DNA from: a virus
Length of the DNA: 64,000 bases
Strand: one strand, 5' to 3'
IMG/VR virus record: IMGVR_UViG_3300034980_000576
Location: 35,322-99,321 of that record
The notes under the pieces are model-generated. The model saw nothing but the letters and a program-made list of their open reading frames with translations. It did no database searches and was not told the origin of the DNA. Positions 40,809 to 50,364 of the stretch are shown here, piece by piece. The position numbers were made by a program, and so were the translations under genes. Position 1 is the stretch's first letter; each line of letters starts with the position of its first letter.

Positions 40809-41747
40809 ATGAACAAGAAGGAAGCGAAGAAGGTATTATATGAAACTCTTGGCACGTATTACGACAAAGGTGAAGAATTACTTTTTTCGTGTCCGGTATG
40901 CGATCACCACAAACGTAAGTTCTCTATTAATTTGGATAAGAATGCTTATAAGTGTTGGGTTTGTGATTATCGGGGTCGCAATATTAGGCGTGTTATTAGG
41001 CGTTTTGGTACCTATACACAACTTAGCAACTGGAACCAACTATCAGACGAAACATGTCTTCAGAGAATTGGTGAGATCTTTATGGATCTCGGCGTACGCG
41101 AGAGCAAGGTTGCGGTACAACTCCCAGCAGAATTCTTAAGCCTTACGACATCCCCGCTCCCCGCAACAGGTGTGAGAGCATTTAAATACTTGCAATCGCG
41201 AGGAGTTACAGAAGCCGATATTCTTAAATGGAAGATCGGTTTTTGTTTTAGTGGAGAATACCGCAATAGAATCATTATCCCCTCATTCGCCGAGAATGGC
41301 GATTGTAGCTACTTTATCGCGAGATCCTATACTGGAGACTCCTATAAGTACAAAAACCCGCCAGCATCCAAGGATGTGGTGTTTAATGAACTATTTATAG
41401 ACTGGAACAGAGACTTAACTATAGTCGAAGGAGTGTTTGATGCTTTGGTTGTCGGGAATGCCGTACCGATACTTGGTTCGACTTTACGTAAGGGATCAGA
41501 TCTCTTACGCCAAATTGTACAAAACGACACCCCAGTCTTCATCGCCCTCGATCCCGACGCCGCCAACAAAGAAAGGCGGATTATTAAAATGTTGCTGGAA
41601 TACGATATCGAACTTTATAAAATCGATGTTACCGGATACGAAGACGTAGGCTCGATGCCCAAAGAGATATTTAGAGAGCGTAAGAATAACGCAGCCTTTA
41701 TCGATAGAGACAACTATTTACTGTTGAATTTGTTATCAGCAGTATAG
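40809..41747 (+). CDS. DNA primase (Zn-finger + TOPRIM)
   Basis: CPVC...CWVC zinc ribbon, YLQSRGV, RIIIP, TOPRIM IVEGVFDAL and ALDPDA (DxD); RBS gaggg. Confidence 0.9.
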   Translation: MNKKEAKKVLYETLGTYYDKGEELLFSCPVCDHHKRKFSINLDKNAYKCWVCDYRGRNIRRVIRRFGTYTQLSNWNQLSDETCLQRIGEIFMDLGVRESKVAVQLPAEFLSLTTSPLPATGVRAFKYLQSRGVTEADILKWKIGFCFSGEYRNRIIIPSFAENGDCSYFIARSYTGDSYKYKNPPASKDVVFNELFIDWNRDLTIVEGVFDALVVGNAVPILGSTLRKGSDLLRQIVQNDTPVFIALDPDAANKERRIIKMLLEYDIELYKIDVTGYEDVGSMPKEIFRERKNNAAFIDRDNYLLLNLLSAV

Positions 41748-41755
41748 GAATATCA

Positions 41756-42376
41756 ATGAGACATCAACTTATAATGGAAAACTGGCGCAGCTTTTTAATA
41801 GAAGCACCAGAGAAAGCCGCAATATTACAATATATAAAAGATAGTAATATACAACTTACTGAACAACAAATCGACGAAGCTATGCCAAGGTGGTTAAGAA
41901 ATATGGTTGCAACTGGCATGTTAATAACTACCGCAGCAGGAGTGCTAGCTCCTAATCCTGCCATGGCAGATGAATGGGATGATATGTTTAACCAGTCGGC
42001 ATCAGAACAACAGGCAGAGGCTCCCAGTCCCGAAGCGTCTAGCGAGACTGGTGAAAAGATGGCTGCCAAAATTTTTGATGCTATCAAGGACAAGGTATCC
42101 GATGGTTCCACTATTAACTTAAGTAGTGAAACGTTGCCAAGTGCCGATTTAGACGGAAATGCTTTCGGTAATTCTGTAATGGATGGTCTGCAAGATCTAT
42201 TAGCTAATAAAAATATCGAAGTACTTGAGAAGAGTACTGCCGGCCATCCTAGTAATGATGCTAGCGGCGGAATACATATTTCTATAATGGATCACACACA
42301 AGCCGGCGAATACACGCTACAACTCGGCGGGACAGGCGCCCTCAAAAATATTAATGTGATGTCTCAAGTAAAATGA
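41756..42376 (+). CDS. hypothetical protein with type-B leader (LIMENWRSFLIE) and internal signal-peptide-like segment
   Basis: The leader is shared with 49743, 50365 and 51426; hydrophobic MVATGMLITTAAGVLAPNPAMA. Confidence 0.65.
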   Translation: MRHQLIMENWRSFLIEAPEKAAILQYIKDSNIQLTEQQIDEAMPRWLRNMVATGMLITTAAGVLAPNPAMADEWDDMFNQSASEQQAEAPSPEASSETGEKMAAKIFDAIKDKVSDGSTINLSSETLPSADLDGNAFGNSVMDGLQDLLANKNIEVLEKSTAGHPSNDASGGIHISIMDHTQAGEYTLQLGGTGALKNINVMSQVK

Positions 42377-42399
42377 AATTCAGTAAGGAATAAACAATA

Positions 42400-43065
42400 A
42401 TGAAAATCACAAAACAACAACTTAGACAGATTATCCTAGAAGAAATGGAAAACATGGACGAAGGACTCTGGGATCAGATCAAGGGCACCTTTGCTGGTGT
42501 CGGCTCTGCTTTAACATCCCCGCTTGGATCAGTCGGACAAGGCTATCGCCGCGGCAAAGCAGCCTCGGTTTTGAGATCTGCTGCAGTTGATATCAACAAG
42601 GTAAGACAAGACTTTGTTGGCAACATCGAAGGGTTGTTTAAGTCTGTATTCTCAGACGTAGCTAAGGTTGACTCATCTATGAGACCGGTAGTGGAAAAGT
42701 GGAACGAGGCGATTGCCATGATGGACGAGGTATCCGACATACTGCAGGAGTTGAGTGTTGAGGTTAAAGCCAAGGCGTCAACAGGACCAAGAGATGACTT
42801 GAATGTGCGGGTTGCTGAAAGCGAGAAAAAAGATGAGTTAGATGATCTTATAATCAAAAACCCATCATATCTTGAAGAAGATGAGGATTTTCTGGGCGAT
42901 GTAAAGTCGACAGGCGAATGGACAGATTACACAATTACACAGCTTCAGAAGAAGAAAGACGCTTTAATGAAAAAGAAAAAGAGAACAGCCGCAGAAGTCA
43001 AAACAGTGCGCCAGTTAAACTTTGCTATCAACGCAAAGCAGGGCGACTATAAAGAAAAGAAATGA
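42400..43065 (+). CDS. hypothetical protein with type-A leader (MKITKQQLRQIILEEM)
   Basis: RBS aagga; shared leader. Confidence 0.7.
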   Translation: MKITKQQLRQIILEEMENMDEGLWDQIKGTFAGVGSALTSPLGSVGQGYRRGKAASVLRSAAVDINKVRQDFVGNIEGLFKSVFSDVAKVDSSMRPVVEKWNEAIAMMDEVSDILQELSVEVKAKASTGPRDDLNVRVAESEKKDELDDLIIKNPSYLEEDEDFLGDVKSTGEWTDYTITQLQKKKDALMKKKKRTAAEVKTVRQLNFAINAKQGDYKEKK

Positions 43066-43994
43066 GAATCACCGAAGCCAAACTTCGGCAGATCATTCGT
43101 GAAGAAGCCGAGATCCGTCTTGTAAGGCAGGTGATTACGGAAGTCGTCGGCGATATGCAGTTGGATCTCACCGAAGAACAACGCTTGATTTTGGAAGCTT
43201 CGGTTTTGGACGCTTTGAAGAATGCAGTGGGTAATAATACGAAATTGCTTCTTTTTATGGCTACTGCTGCCTTTGGTTCTCAAATTGGAAATGATCTTCA
43301 GGTTTTGGATAAAGTTGGAATAGCTCCAGCCGCGGCGCAACAAATGCAAAACGCTGAGGATTCAAGAGAGTTTGTTAGGGCACTAAAAGATAAAGATTTG
43401 CAAGATCGAGTTCAGGCAGCTATGGATAGAGGAACCGCTGAGATGGGCAAGGATTTACCAGATGCCGGCAGGAAGGAAGTGGTAGATAATTTTATAAGTA
43501 ATCATTCTAGCGATTTCAAATTATTACAAATTGGTTCAGGGCCAATAACTGACAAAATGGGCAATTTGTATTATTATGTTCCATATGGGAAAATTGTTGA
43601 TAAAGATGCAACTTATACCGATTATACAACCGGAGAAGAAGGTATCGATGGAAAACGAAAGGGATACCAACAAAGTTCTACATCTACACTAAAAAATGTT
43701 ATCAAGGGGGGCAACATAAACTTATTCGCTCATTATGGACCCGGAAAATTCGTTACTGTCGATGGACCCAATGGCCCGGGCCAATTACTAACGGCTGATT
43801 TTTCAGCCTTCATACAGGGCTATCTTGATAAGATGCAAGCAAGAAGCCCGGAAGGCCGCGCCGCCGCAGCAGATGCTGATGCGGCTATGACAGTCACACC
43901 CGACGACACTACTGAACTTAATCCAGAATTGATTAAAAAAACACAACAGCGCGTAGCTAAAAACATCAAGAATCTTCAACAAAAACGTAAATAA
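43062..43994 (+). CDS. hypothetical protein with type-A leader (MRITEAKLRQIIREEA)
   Basis: ATGA overlap with the upstream gene; leader variant. Confidence 0.7.
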   Translation: MRITEAKLRQIIREEAEIRLVRQVITEVVGDMQLDLTEEQRLILEASVLDALKNAVGNNTKLLLFMATAAFGSQIGNDLQVLDKVGIAPAAAQQMQNAEDSREFVRALKDKDLQDRVQAAMDRGTAEMGKDLPDAGRKEVVDNFISNHSSDFKLLQIGSGPITDKMGNLYYYVPYGKIVDKDATYTDYTTGEEGIDGKRKGYQQSSTSTLKNVIKGGNINLFAHYGPGKFVTVDGPNGPGQLLTADFSAFIQGYLDKMQARSPEGRAAAADADAAMTVTPDDTTELNPELIKKTQQRVAKNIKNLQQKRK

Positions 43995-43999
43995 AGTAC

Positions 44000-44028
44000 T
44001 TGACAACGGTTCCGTAGAGTGATATGAT
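44000..44028 (+). promoter_or_regulatory. sigma70-type promoter for the small ORF and Mre11-Rad50 gene
   Basis: TTGACA (44000-05), 17-bp spacer, TATGAT (44023-28) with extended -10 TG. Confidence 0.78.
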
Positions 44029-44047
44029 ATAGTATAAAGGGGCACAT

Positions 44048-44143
44048 ATGCTAGATTTTGCTGCGGATACGTTTGTGAAAGCGTTCATTATTTACACAGG
44101 TTGGTATGGGTTCAATGCCCTCTTTTGGATGATGTTAAACTAG
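44048..44143 (+). CDS. putative 31-aa hydrophobic small protein (MLDFAADTFVKAFIIYTGWYGFNALFWMMLN)
   Basis: Read manually. Preceded by a promoter and an aaagggg RBS; its stop overlaps the RBS of the next gene. Confidence 0.45.
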   Translation: MLDFAADTFVKAFIIYTGWYGFNALFWMMLN

Positions 44144-44151
44144 GAGAGCAT

Positions 44152-47100
44152 GTGAGCATTAAGATTGCGCACGTATCGGATATCCATGTCCGAAAATTAA
44201 AGTACCATAAGGAATACCGCGTAGTATTCCAGCGACTATATGATAAGTTACGCGAACTAAAACCGGATATTATCGTCAATACTGGCGATACGTTCCACAC
44301 TAAATTAGACTTATCCCCGGAGGCTATTCGTATGATGAGCGAGCTATTTGCTGGCTTAGCAGACATTGCTCCGTATTATATGATTCTGGGGAACCATGAT
44401 ATGAATTTGAAGAATGGCGCCCGACTGGATGCCATCACACCGATTGTCGAGAATCTAAAGCACAAGAACGTTCACTTCATTAAGAATAGTGAAGTTATTG
44501 AAGTTGCTGACGGCATTGATCTTCATGTGCTTTCTATTGTCGATCCTGAAAACTGGCAAGAGACACCACCAGACGATCGCGTCAACATCGCATTATATCA
44601 TGGTGCAGTCGTTGGTTCAAAGACGGACACCGGCTGGGTGATGACTCACGGCGATATCGACATAGATACGCTAGCTAAGTATGATTACGGATTATTAGGC
44701 GATATTCATAAGACACACCAGAAGATCGACAATGATGGCAAGTGCGCTTATCCGGGCTCTCTTATTCAACAGAATCACGGGGAAACACCAGACAAGGGTT
44801 TTTTGCTATGGGAGATCGAAGACAAGGACACTTTTGCTTGTAAGCATTTTCAGCTTGAGAACCCAAAACCGTTTATCACCATTCAGCTAACCCCAAAGGG
44901 CAAAATGCCCCGCCGAGCAGATCCTCCAAAGGGCGCCCGTTTGCGCTTAGTGAGCAACAACAATTTACCACTGAATACAATGAAACGAGCAATAGATATT
45001 GCAAAACACCGGTTCAGTCCAGAAGTTGTAACATTCTTGAACAGGGCAGCCGGCGAACGCGGTAACGTAGCAGATATAACAGACTCTTTGAAGACAGAAA
45101 ACCTGAGAGACATCGAGGTTCAAGAAGAGTTGATAGATGAATATCTCAAGGACTATCAAGCTGACGAAGGCACTTTAGAAATGGTTTATCAGCTGAATCG
45201 CAAGTACAAGAAGCAAGTGGAGGATAGCGAAGAGGTGTCCCGCAATGTCAATTGGAAATTAGTAAACTTTGAATTTGATAATCTTTTTAATTACGGCGAA
45301 GGCAACAAGGTTTCGTTTGATAAGCTTAATGGAATTATCGGTGTTTTTGGAAAGAATTATTCTGGAAAGAGTAGCGTTGTCGACAGCGTTCTGTGGACGC
45401 TCTTTAACACAACTTCCAAAAATGAAAGAAAGAATGTCAATGTTATTAATCAAAATAAAGAATCTAGCAGAGGGAAACTAACGATTGAAGTGGGACATAA
45501 GACATACACAATTGAAAGAACAGCAGAGAAATATATCAAGAAACTGAAAGGAGAAGCAACAGAAGAGGCGAAGACGGATTTGAACTTTGAGGTATTTGAC
45601 AAAACCACCGGCGACACCCACTCTCTGAATGGGCTCAGTCGGCCCCAGACAGATGCAAACATTCGCAAGCACTTCGGTACCATCGATGACTTTTTGGTGT
45701 CCTCACTGGCATCCCAACACGGCGCCTTGGCGTTTATTGATGAAGGCTCAACAAGACGAAAAGAGATCATTGCCAAGTTCCTCGATCTGGAAGTGTTCGA
45801 ACAAAAGTTTAAACTAGCGAAAGAAGATAGCACCGATCTGAAAGGGGCACTAAAACGTTTAGAGTCCCGAGAATATGAAGAAGAAATAGAGGAAGCAAAA
45901 GAAGAATTGGACTCGTGCCGAAGTAACCTAGCAGAGCATGAGGCAGTGTGCGAAGAATTGAATAGCGAGATAGAACGACTAACTGACGAGTGCGTGAAAC
46001 TAAACAATATGATCGAATCAATACCGGCAGAGATCATTGACATTGCTGCGACAAGGAAAGAAATTCTTCAAAAGAATGCGAGAGTTAAATCATTAACAAA
46101 CGAGAACAAGAAGAGTGAGATAAACCTCGGAATCAAGAACAAACTCTATGGGAAAATTGAAACGTTTTTAGGCGAAATCGACATCGAGGAACTCACAAAA
46201 ACTCAGAATGAAATTAACACACTAACCGACAACAAACAAATAAAAGAGCAAGAGCTAGCTTCTCTGATTACACAGATAGTAGACATAGAAAAGAAGTCAC
46301 ATCTTCTTGATGATATTCCTTGTGGAACTCAGTTCTCAAGTTGTAAGTTTATTAACGATGCCAACATCGCTGTTGCCAACCTACCACATGTAGAGAATGA
46401 TAGAAGCGATGTTGCTAACAACATTGAAGGATTACAGGATAATATTGATGTCTTAAATCCCATCGATGTTTCAAGACAGATAGATCAACATATACAAATG
46501 GTTGACAAAAGAAACGATATTGCAAACCACATTGCAGCACTTAACCTATCAATAGAAAGAAACATATCCTCTATTGAACGACTTGGCTACGAACTCAAAG
46601 AACTCGAAAGCAAGAAGCAAGAATATGACGAAAACAAAGAAGCCATTGAAAATCTTGAAGAATTAAATGCAGAGTTAATTGCATGCGAAAGAAACCTTAT
46701 CTCCTCAAAACAACGCTGCGATGAGTGTGCTGAGCAGACATTAGAACTATATAAAAATGTAGGCTCGATCGAACAAAAAGTCGAGACAATCGAAAATCAA
46801 AAACAAGAATACCTAGACTTACAGGAGGAATATTCAGCTTATGATCTTTACATGCGTTGTATGCATACATCTGGGATTGCTTATGATATTATTAAGCGCA
46901 AACTCCCGGTTATCAATCAAGAAGTCGCGAAAGTCCTTGCTAACATTGTCGAGTTTGAAGTCTTCTTCGAAGATAGTGGAAAGAAATTTGACATATTTAT
47001 CAAGCACCCAAGACATGAACCCCGCCCAATTGAAATGGCATCAGGAGCAGAGAAATCTTTGGCTGCCATAGCCATTCGTTTGGCTTTGTTGGGAGTATCT

Positions 47101-47310
47101 TCGTTGCCTAAATCTGATCTTTTTGCCCTAGATGAGCCGGGTACCGCTCTAGACGAATCAAATATGGAGGGTTTTATTAGGATTTTGGAACTAATTAAGG
47201 TGTATTTTAAAAACGTTTTGTTGATCTCGCACCTTGATTCGCTCAAAGACTGTGTTGATATGCAAATCGAGATAGATAAGAAAGATGGATACGCGAGAGT
47301 AAATCAATAG
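44152..47310 (+). CDS. fused Mre11/SbcD nuclease - Rad50/SbcC ATPase (gp47-gp46-like recombination nuclease)
   Basis: Phosphoesterase motifs HVSDIH, TGDTFH, GNHD, HG, GDIH, YPGS are followed in frame by Walker A GKNYSGKSS, a coiled coil, signature ASGAE, Walker B ALDEP and ISH. Start placed at GTG 44152 after aggag. Confidence 0.9.
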   Translation: MSIKIAHVSDIHVRKLKYHKEYRVVFQRLYDKLRELKPDIIVNTGDTFHTKLDLSPEAIRMMSELFAGLADIAPYYMILGNHDMNLKNGARLDAITPIVENLKHKNVHFIKNSEVIEVADGIDLHVLSIVDPENWQETPPDDRVNIALYHGAVVGSKTDTGWVMTHGDIDIDTLAKYDYGLLGDIHKTHQKIDNDGKCAYPGSLIQQNHGETPDKGFLLWEIEDKDTFACKHFQLENPKPFITIQLTPKGKMPRRADPPKGARLRLVSNNNLPLNTMKRAIDIAKHRFSPEVVTFLNRAAGERGNVADITDSLKTENLRDIEVQEELIDEYLKDYQADEGTLEMVYQLNRKYKKQVEDSEEVSRNVNWKLVNFEFDNLFNYGEGNKVSFDKLNGIIGVFGKNYSGKSSVVDSVLWTLFNTTSKNERKNVNVINQNKESSRGKLTIEVGHKTYTIERTAEKYIKKLKGEATEEAKTDLNFEVFDKTTGDTHSLNGLSRPQTDANIRKHFGTIDDFLVSSLASQHGALAFIDEGSTRRKEIIAKFLDLEVFEQKFKLAKEDSTDLKGALKRLESREYEEEIEEAKEELDSCRSNLAEHEAVCEELNSEIERLTDECVKLNNMIESIPAEIIDIAATRKEILQKNARVKSLTNENKKSEINLGIKNKLYGKIETFLGEIDIEELTKTQNEINTLTDNKQIKEQELASLITQIVDIEKKSHLLDDIPCGTQFSSCKFINDANIAVANLPHVENDRSDVANNIEGLQDNIDVLNPIDVSRQIDQHIQMVDKRNDIANHIAALNLSIERNISSIERLGYELKELESKKQEYDENKEAIENLEELNAELIACERNLISSKQRCDECAEQTLELYKNVGSIEQKVETIENQKQEYLDLQEEYSAYDLYMRCMHTSGIAYDIIKRKLPVINQEVAKVLANIVEFEVFFEDSGKKFDIFIKHPRHEPRPIEMASGAEKSLAAIAIRLALLGVSSLPKSDLFALDEPGTALDESNMEGFIRILELIKVYFKNVLLISHLDSLKDCVDMQIEIDKKDGYARVNQ

Positions 47311-47321
47311 GAGATTGCAAA

Positions 47322-48590
47322 GTGAAAGTAACCAAGAGACAACTTAAGAAGTTAATCAGGGAAGAACTTGAAAACACCAAAGAACTGGATGAGGTATTCG
47401 GCTTGTTCGGTGATTCTAGGCTCGAAAAGCTTGTACAAAAAAATAAGGCTATGTATCAAAAACTAGCGCAAGATGGACCACTGAACAACATGTCAGTACC
47501 GGATTCTTTTCCGCTTTGGGGCTCAAGCAGAGGCGGCACGAAAGGCGCTTGGCGCAACGCCGATGTCAGGGGCGCCCCAGAGGAGCATATAGAAGCGGTG
47601 ATTGACTTCCTTGCCCGGGCAAACGTCGCCGATGCTCATGACGCCATTCCGAAGATGGGTGAAAGAAAAAGCCCCGTATCTGTGACGTCCCAGATGTATC
47701 GTGCCTATCAATATTTTTTTAATCCAGATAGAGAGTCCGGATCTTGGGAAAAAGACAAAGAAAAGCAAGCCAAAGACGCCGCGTGGAAACAAGGCGCCCC
47801 GGGCCGAGAAAAGGCAGCAGCACAAAGGCGCGCCGGCAAACAACAAGATCTTCTAAATGCATTGATGCCATGGAAGGAGCGTTTGGATTCGTATCAGAAT
47901 GGTATCATGTCACGCAAAGGAATCATTCGAGATCTCAATCGCGATGGTATTACTGATCTGGAGAAAGCCCATGGCTATTTAAAAGATGCCAATGCCGCCT
48001 TGAGAGCAGCCACACAACTTCTAAGAACACCAGAAGGCAAAAAAGCGCTCGGGGACTTTTCCTCACTGACGAGCAACCCTGAAGGTTTTGTGCAAGACCT
48101 TACGAAGATGGTACAACACTTGAAACAGCTGGGCCGCGATGAAGAATCTGTGCGTTCGAGAGACAAGCACGTTGATGATCGTGAAGTTGCCACCGACACC
48201 CATTACGGCGCCGGCGGCGCTCGCAAACGCAAGAGCGACTTTCAACGAACTTCGCGCTTTAACGAATCCCAACTTAAACAGATTATCAAAGAAGAGCTTG
48301 AGGCAGCTTTAAGCGAAAATAAAAGAAATAAAAGCAACAAATTTAAAGATACAGATTTATCAAAGATAAGCAACGACGATCTCACAAGAATGTTGGGTGA
48401 CAACAACGTAGCATTCGGAAATCTTACCGGCGCCAATATCGAGGACTTCGACCAGTGGACCGACGACGAGCATGACAGATTGAACGCTATAGACGGCACC
48501 GCCGAATTACATGCCATCAATCGCGATATTAGGGTTGCCCTAAGAGACAAGTCCGATCGTCGAGCCGGCACGAACGTATTCGGATTTTAA
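47322..48590 (+). CDS. hypothetical protein with type-A leader and a second, internal leader copy
   Basis: GTG start after aggag; MKVTKRQLKKLIREEL at the N-terminus and ESQLKQIIKEELE at 48264..48302. Confidence 0.7.
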   Translation: MKVTKRQLKKLIREELENTKELDEVFGLFGDSRLEKLVQKNKAMYQKLAQDGPLNNMSVPDSFPLWGSSRGGTKGAWRNADVRGAPEEHIEAVIDFLARANVADAHDAIPKMGERKSPVSVTSQMYRAYQYFFNPDRESGSWEKDKEKQAKDAAWKQGAPGREKAAAQRRAGKQQDLLNALMPWKERLDSYQNGIMSRKGIIRDLNRDGITDLEKAHGYLKDANAALRAATQLLRTPEGKKALGDFSSLTSNPEGFVQDLTKMVQHLKQLGRDEESVRSRDKHVDDREVATDTHYGAGGARKRKSDFQRTSRFNESQLKQIIKEELEAALSENKRNKSNKFKDTDLSKISNDDLTRMLGDNNVAFGNLTGANIEDFDQWTDDEHDRLNAIDGTAELHAINRDIRVALRDKSDRRAGTNVFGF

Positions 48591-48603
48591 CAAGGAATAA
48601 ACA

Positions 48604-49746
48604 ATGTCAGACGAAAAAGAAGATAAAAACGAATTTGATTTTCTGCCTCCCGCAGAACCACCTCCCGCGTTCGCGCAGGAAAAAGACAGCTACCACGAAT
48701 CAGTAGACGCTGAAGACTTCGGTATGGTAGAGGACTTCGGATTACAGATGGAATACTCTGATGAAGATTTACTCCCCGAGAACACCGCGCCTTCTTCGAT
48801 TAACGTTGGCTTTGTCGGGGTTGGCGGCGGAGGCAACAAAATGGCGAATGCGTTCATTGAACTTGGATTCAATAAGACGCTACTCGTAAATTCAACAGGT
48901 AAAGACATTCCAAAGAATGTAGAAGAGGATCACGTTGTCCTTATTCCCGACTCAGACGGGATTGGAAAAAACGTAGAATATGGAAAAGAGGTTTTAAGTC
49001 AAAATGGTGCGATTGTTGAAGATGCCCTGCGTATCAAACTCGGTAAAGTTGATTGGTTATTCGTCCTTGCTGGCGGCGGTGGCGGTACCGGTAGTAGTGT
49101 TACCGCTCTGCACCCTGTCTTTGAGCGTTACATGCGCTCTGTGCAGTCGAGTGGCAAGGTCGTTTATATAGTCTCATGGCCCACAGCACAAGAAAACCTT
49201 AACCCAACAATCGCTCGTAATGCGTTGACGCTGGCAAATGATGTTGCACAGCATCCGCATATCGTTCTTGATAACGAACGAGCCACTCGATTACTCCGCG
49301 GCCGAATCGGCATGCTCGGCATGTATCCAGTCGCCAACACAACTTTTGCTAAGTCACTTGCCCAAGTGTTAAAACTCTCCACCGAGGATTCACCGATCCA
49401 ATCTTTCGACAGCAAGGACTTGGAAACATGTCTGGGCAATGACGGTCGTGCCTTTTTAGGCTCAACTATGATAAAGGATCCAAATACTGCTAAGCTTGGA
49501 TCGGTGATTCTCCACAACTGCATGAATCGTTCTGCATGTCCTCCACCGAAAGGTAAGGCTGCTGCAGGATCGTTAGTGCTGGTTGTGTCAGAAGAGATGG
49601 TGGCTGACCCTAAAGTCAGTAAAAACATTGAGTCTGCGATTGCTTATGTCGGCGGTCGATGCGAGACACTTTTCTCTGGCGTTTACGTCCGAAAGAATGT
49701 GCCCGGATTGATTGCGATACTAAGCATGAATGGATTAGCAACATGA
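48604..49746 (+). CDS. tubulin/FtsZ-family GTPase (PhuZ/TubZ/CetZ-like)
   Basis: T1 loop VGVGGGGNKMA, GIGKN, tubulin signature GGGGGTGSS, VLDNE, and T7-like loop SFDSKDL; RBS aagga. Confidence 0.88.
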   Translation: MSDEKEDKNEFDFLPPAEPPPAFAQEKDSYHESVDAEDFGMVEDFGLQMEYSDEDLLPENTAPSSINVGFVGVGGGGNKMANAFIELGFNKTLLVNSTGKDIPKNVEEDHVVLIPDSDGIGKNVEYGKEVLSQNGAIVEDALRIKLGKVDWLFVLAGGGGGTGSSVTALHPVFERYMRSVQSSGKVVYIVSWPTAQENLNPTIARNALTLANDVAQHPHIVLDNERATRLLRGRIGMLGMYPVANTTFAKSLAQVLKLSTEDSPIQSFDSKDLETCLGNDGRAFLGSTMIKDPNTAKLGSVILHNCMNRSACPPPKGKAAAGSLVLVVSEEMVADPKVSKNIESAIAYVGGRCETLFSGVYVRKNVPGLIAILSMNGLAT

Positions 49747-50036
49747 AACTAATATTTGAAAATTGGCGAAAGCATTTGGTAGAATACGGATTAGATCGGG
49801 ATGAGCAAGCTAAGGCCCGTGATCATTATTATAATATTAAAAGCGCCATCGCCGATGCTCTAACAGAGCAGGGCAATGATTGGGCTCTTGATGAGTCGAA
49901 ATGGGAAGAAATTATAATTCCATCTGGCGGAAGCGAACAGGACCATGTTAGGTTTGTTCAAGAACTCCAAGCATTTATGCAAACTATGCAACTTGGCGAT
50001 CTAAAAGATTTAGGTGTCTTAATTGAGCCATACTAG
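49743..50036 (+). CDS. cassette protein, type-B leader (MKLIFENWRKHLVE)
   Basis: The ATG lies within the repeat and overlaps the tubulin TGA; the track's upstream extension overlaps tubulin and is unlikely. Confidence 0.7.
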   Translation: MKLIFENWRKHLVEYGLDRDEQAKARDHYYNIKSAIADALTEQGNDWALDESKWEEIIIPSGGSEQDHVRFVQELQAFMQTMQLGDLKDLGVLIEPY

Positions 50037-50054
50037 TATAACAGGATTAACTAC

Positions 50055-50345
50055 ATGAAGATTACAAAACAACAACTTAAACAAATTATCAAAGAAGAGC
50101 TTTCAAAGGTTATGAATGAAAGCATGCCCGGTATGGAGCCTTATGACTTGAGTGCTTTGGTGCCAAAAGGCGAAGACCCTAAAAAAAGGGCTGCAGCCAT
50201 CAAAGCTGGTCGCGACGATTTTCATAATCTCGGCAAACTCGACGATACATGGAAAAAGACCCGTTACTATAAGTATTATAAGGATGCCTTTTATAATGCG
50301 AAGGATGAACAAGATGCCGGCTTCGTAGATAGAATGGGCGAATAA
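50055..50345 (+). CDS. cassette protein, type-A leader
   Basis: MKITKQQLKQIIKEEL; flanked by repeats. Confidence 0.75.
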   Translation: MKITKQQLKQIIKEELSKVMNESMPGMEPYDLSALVPKGEDPKKRAAAIKAGRDDFHNLGKLDDTWKKTRYYKYYKDAFYNAKDEQDAGFVDRMGE

Positions 50346-50364
50346 GTATGAATGGATTAGCAAC

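Noticed and set aside
41740-48605. aaggaataaacaat shared at 42385 and 48592, similar to the primase 3' end/RBS (cagtataggaatatcaatg)
   Set aside because: It could be a second duplicated insertion site, but it is short, AT-rich and centred on a Shine-Dalgarno sequence, so it cannot be distinguished from RBS convergence.
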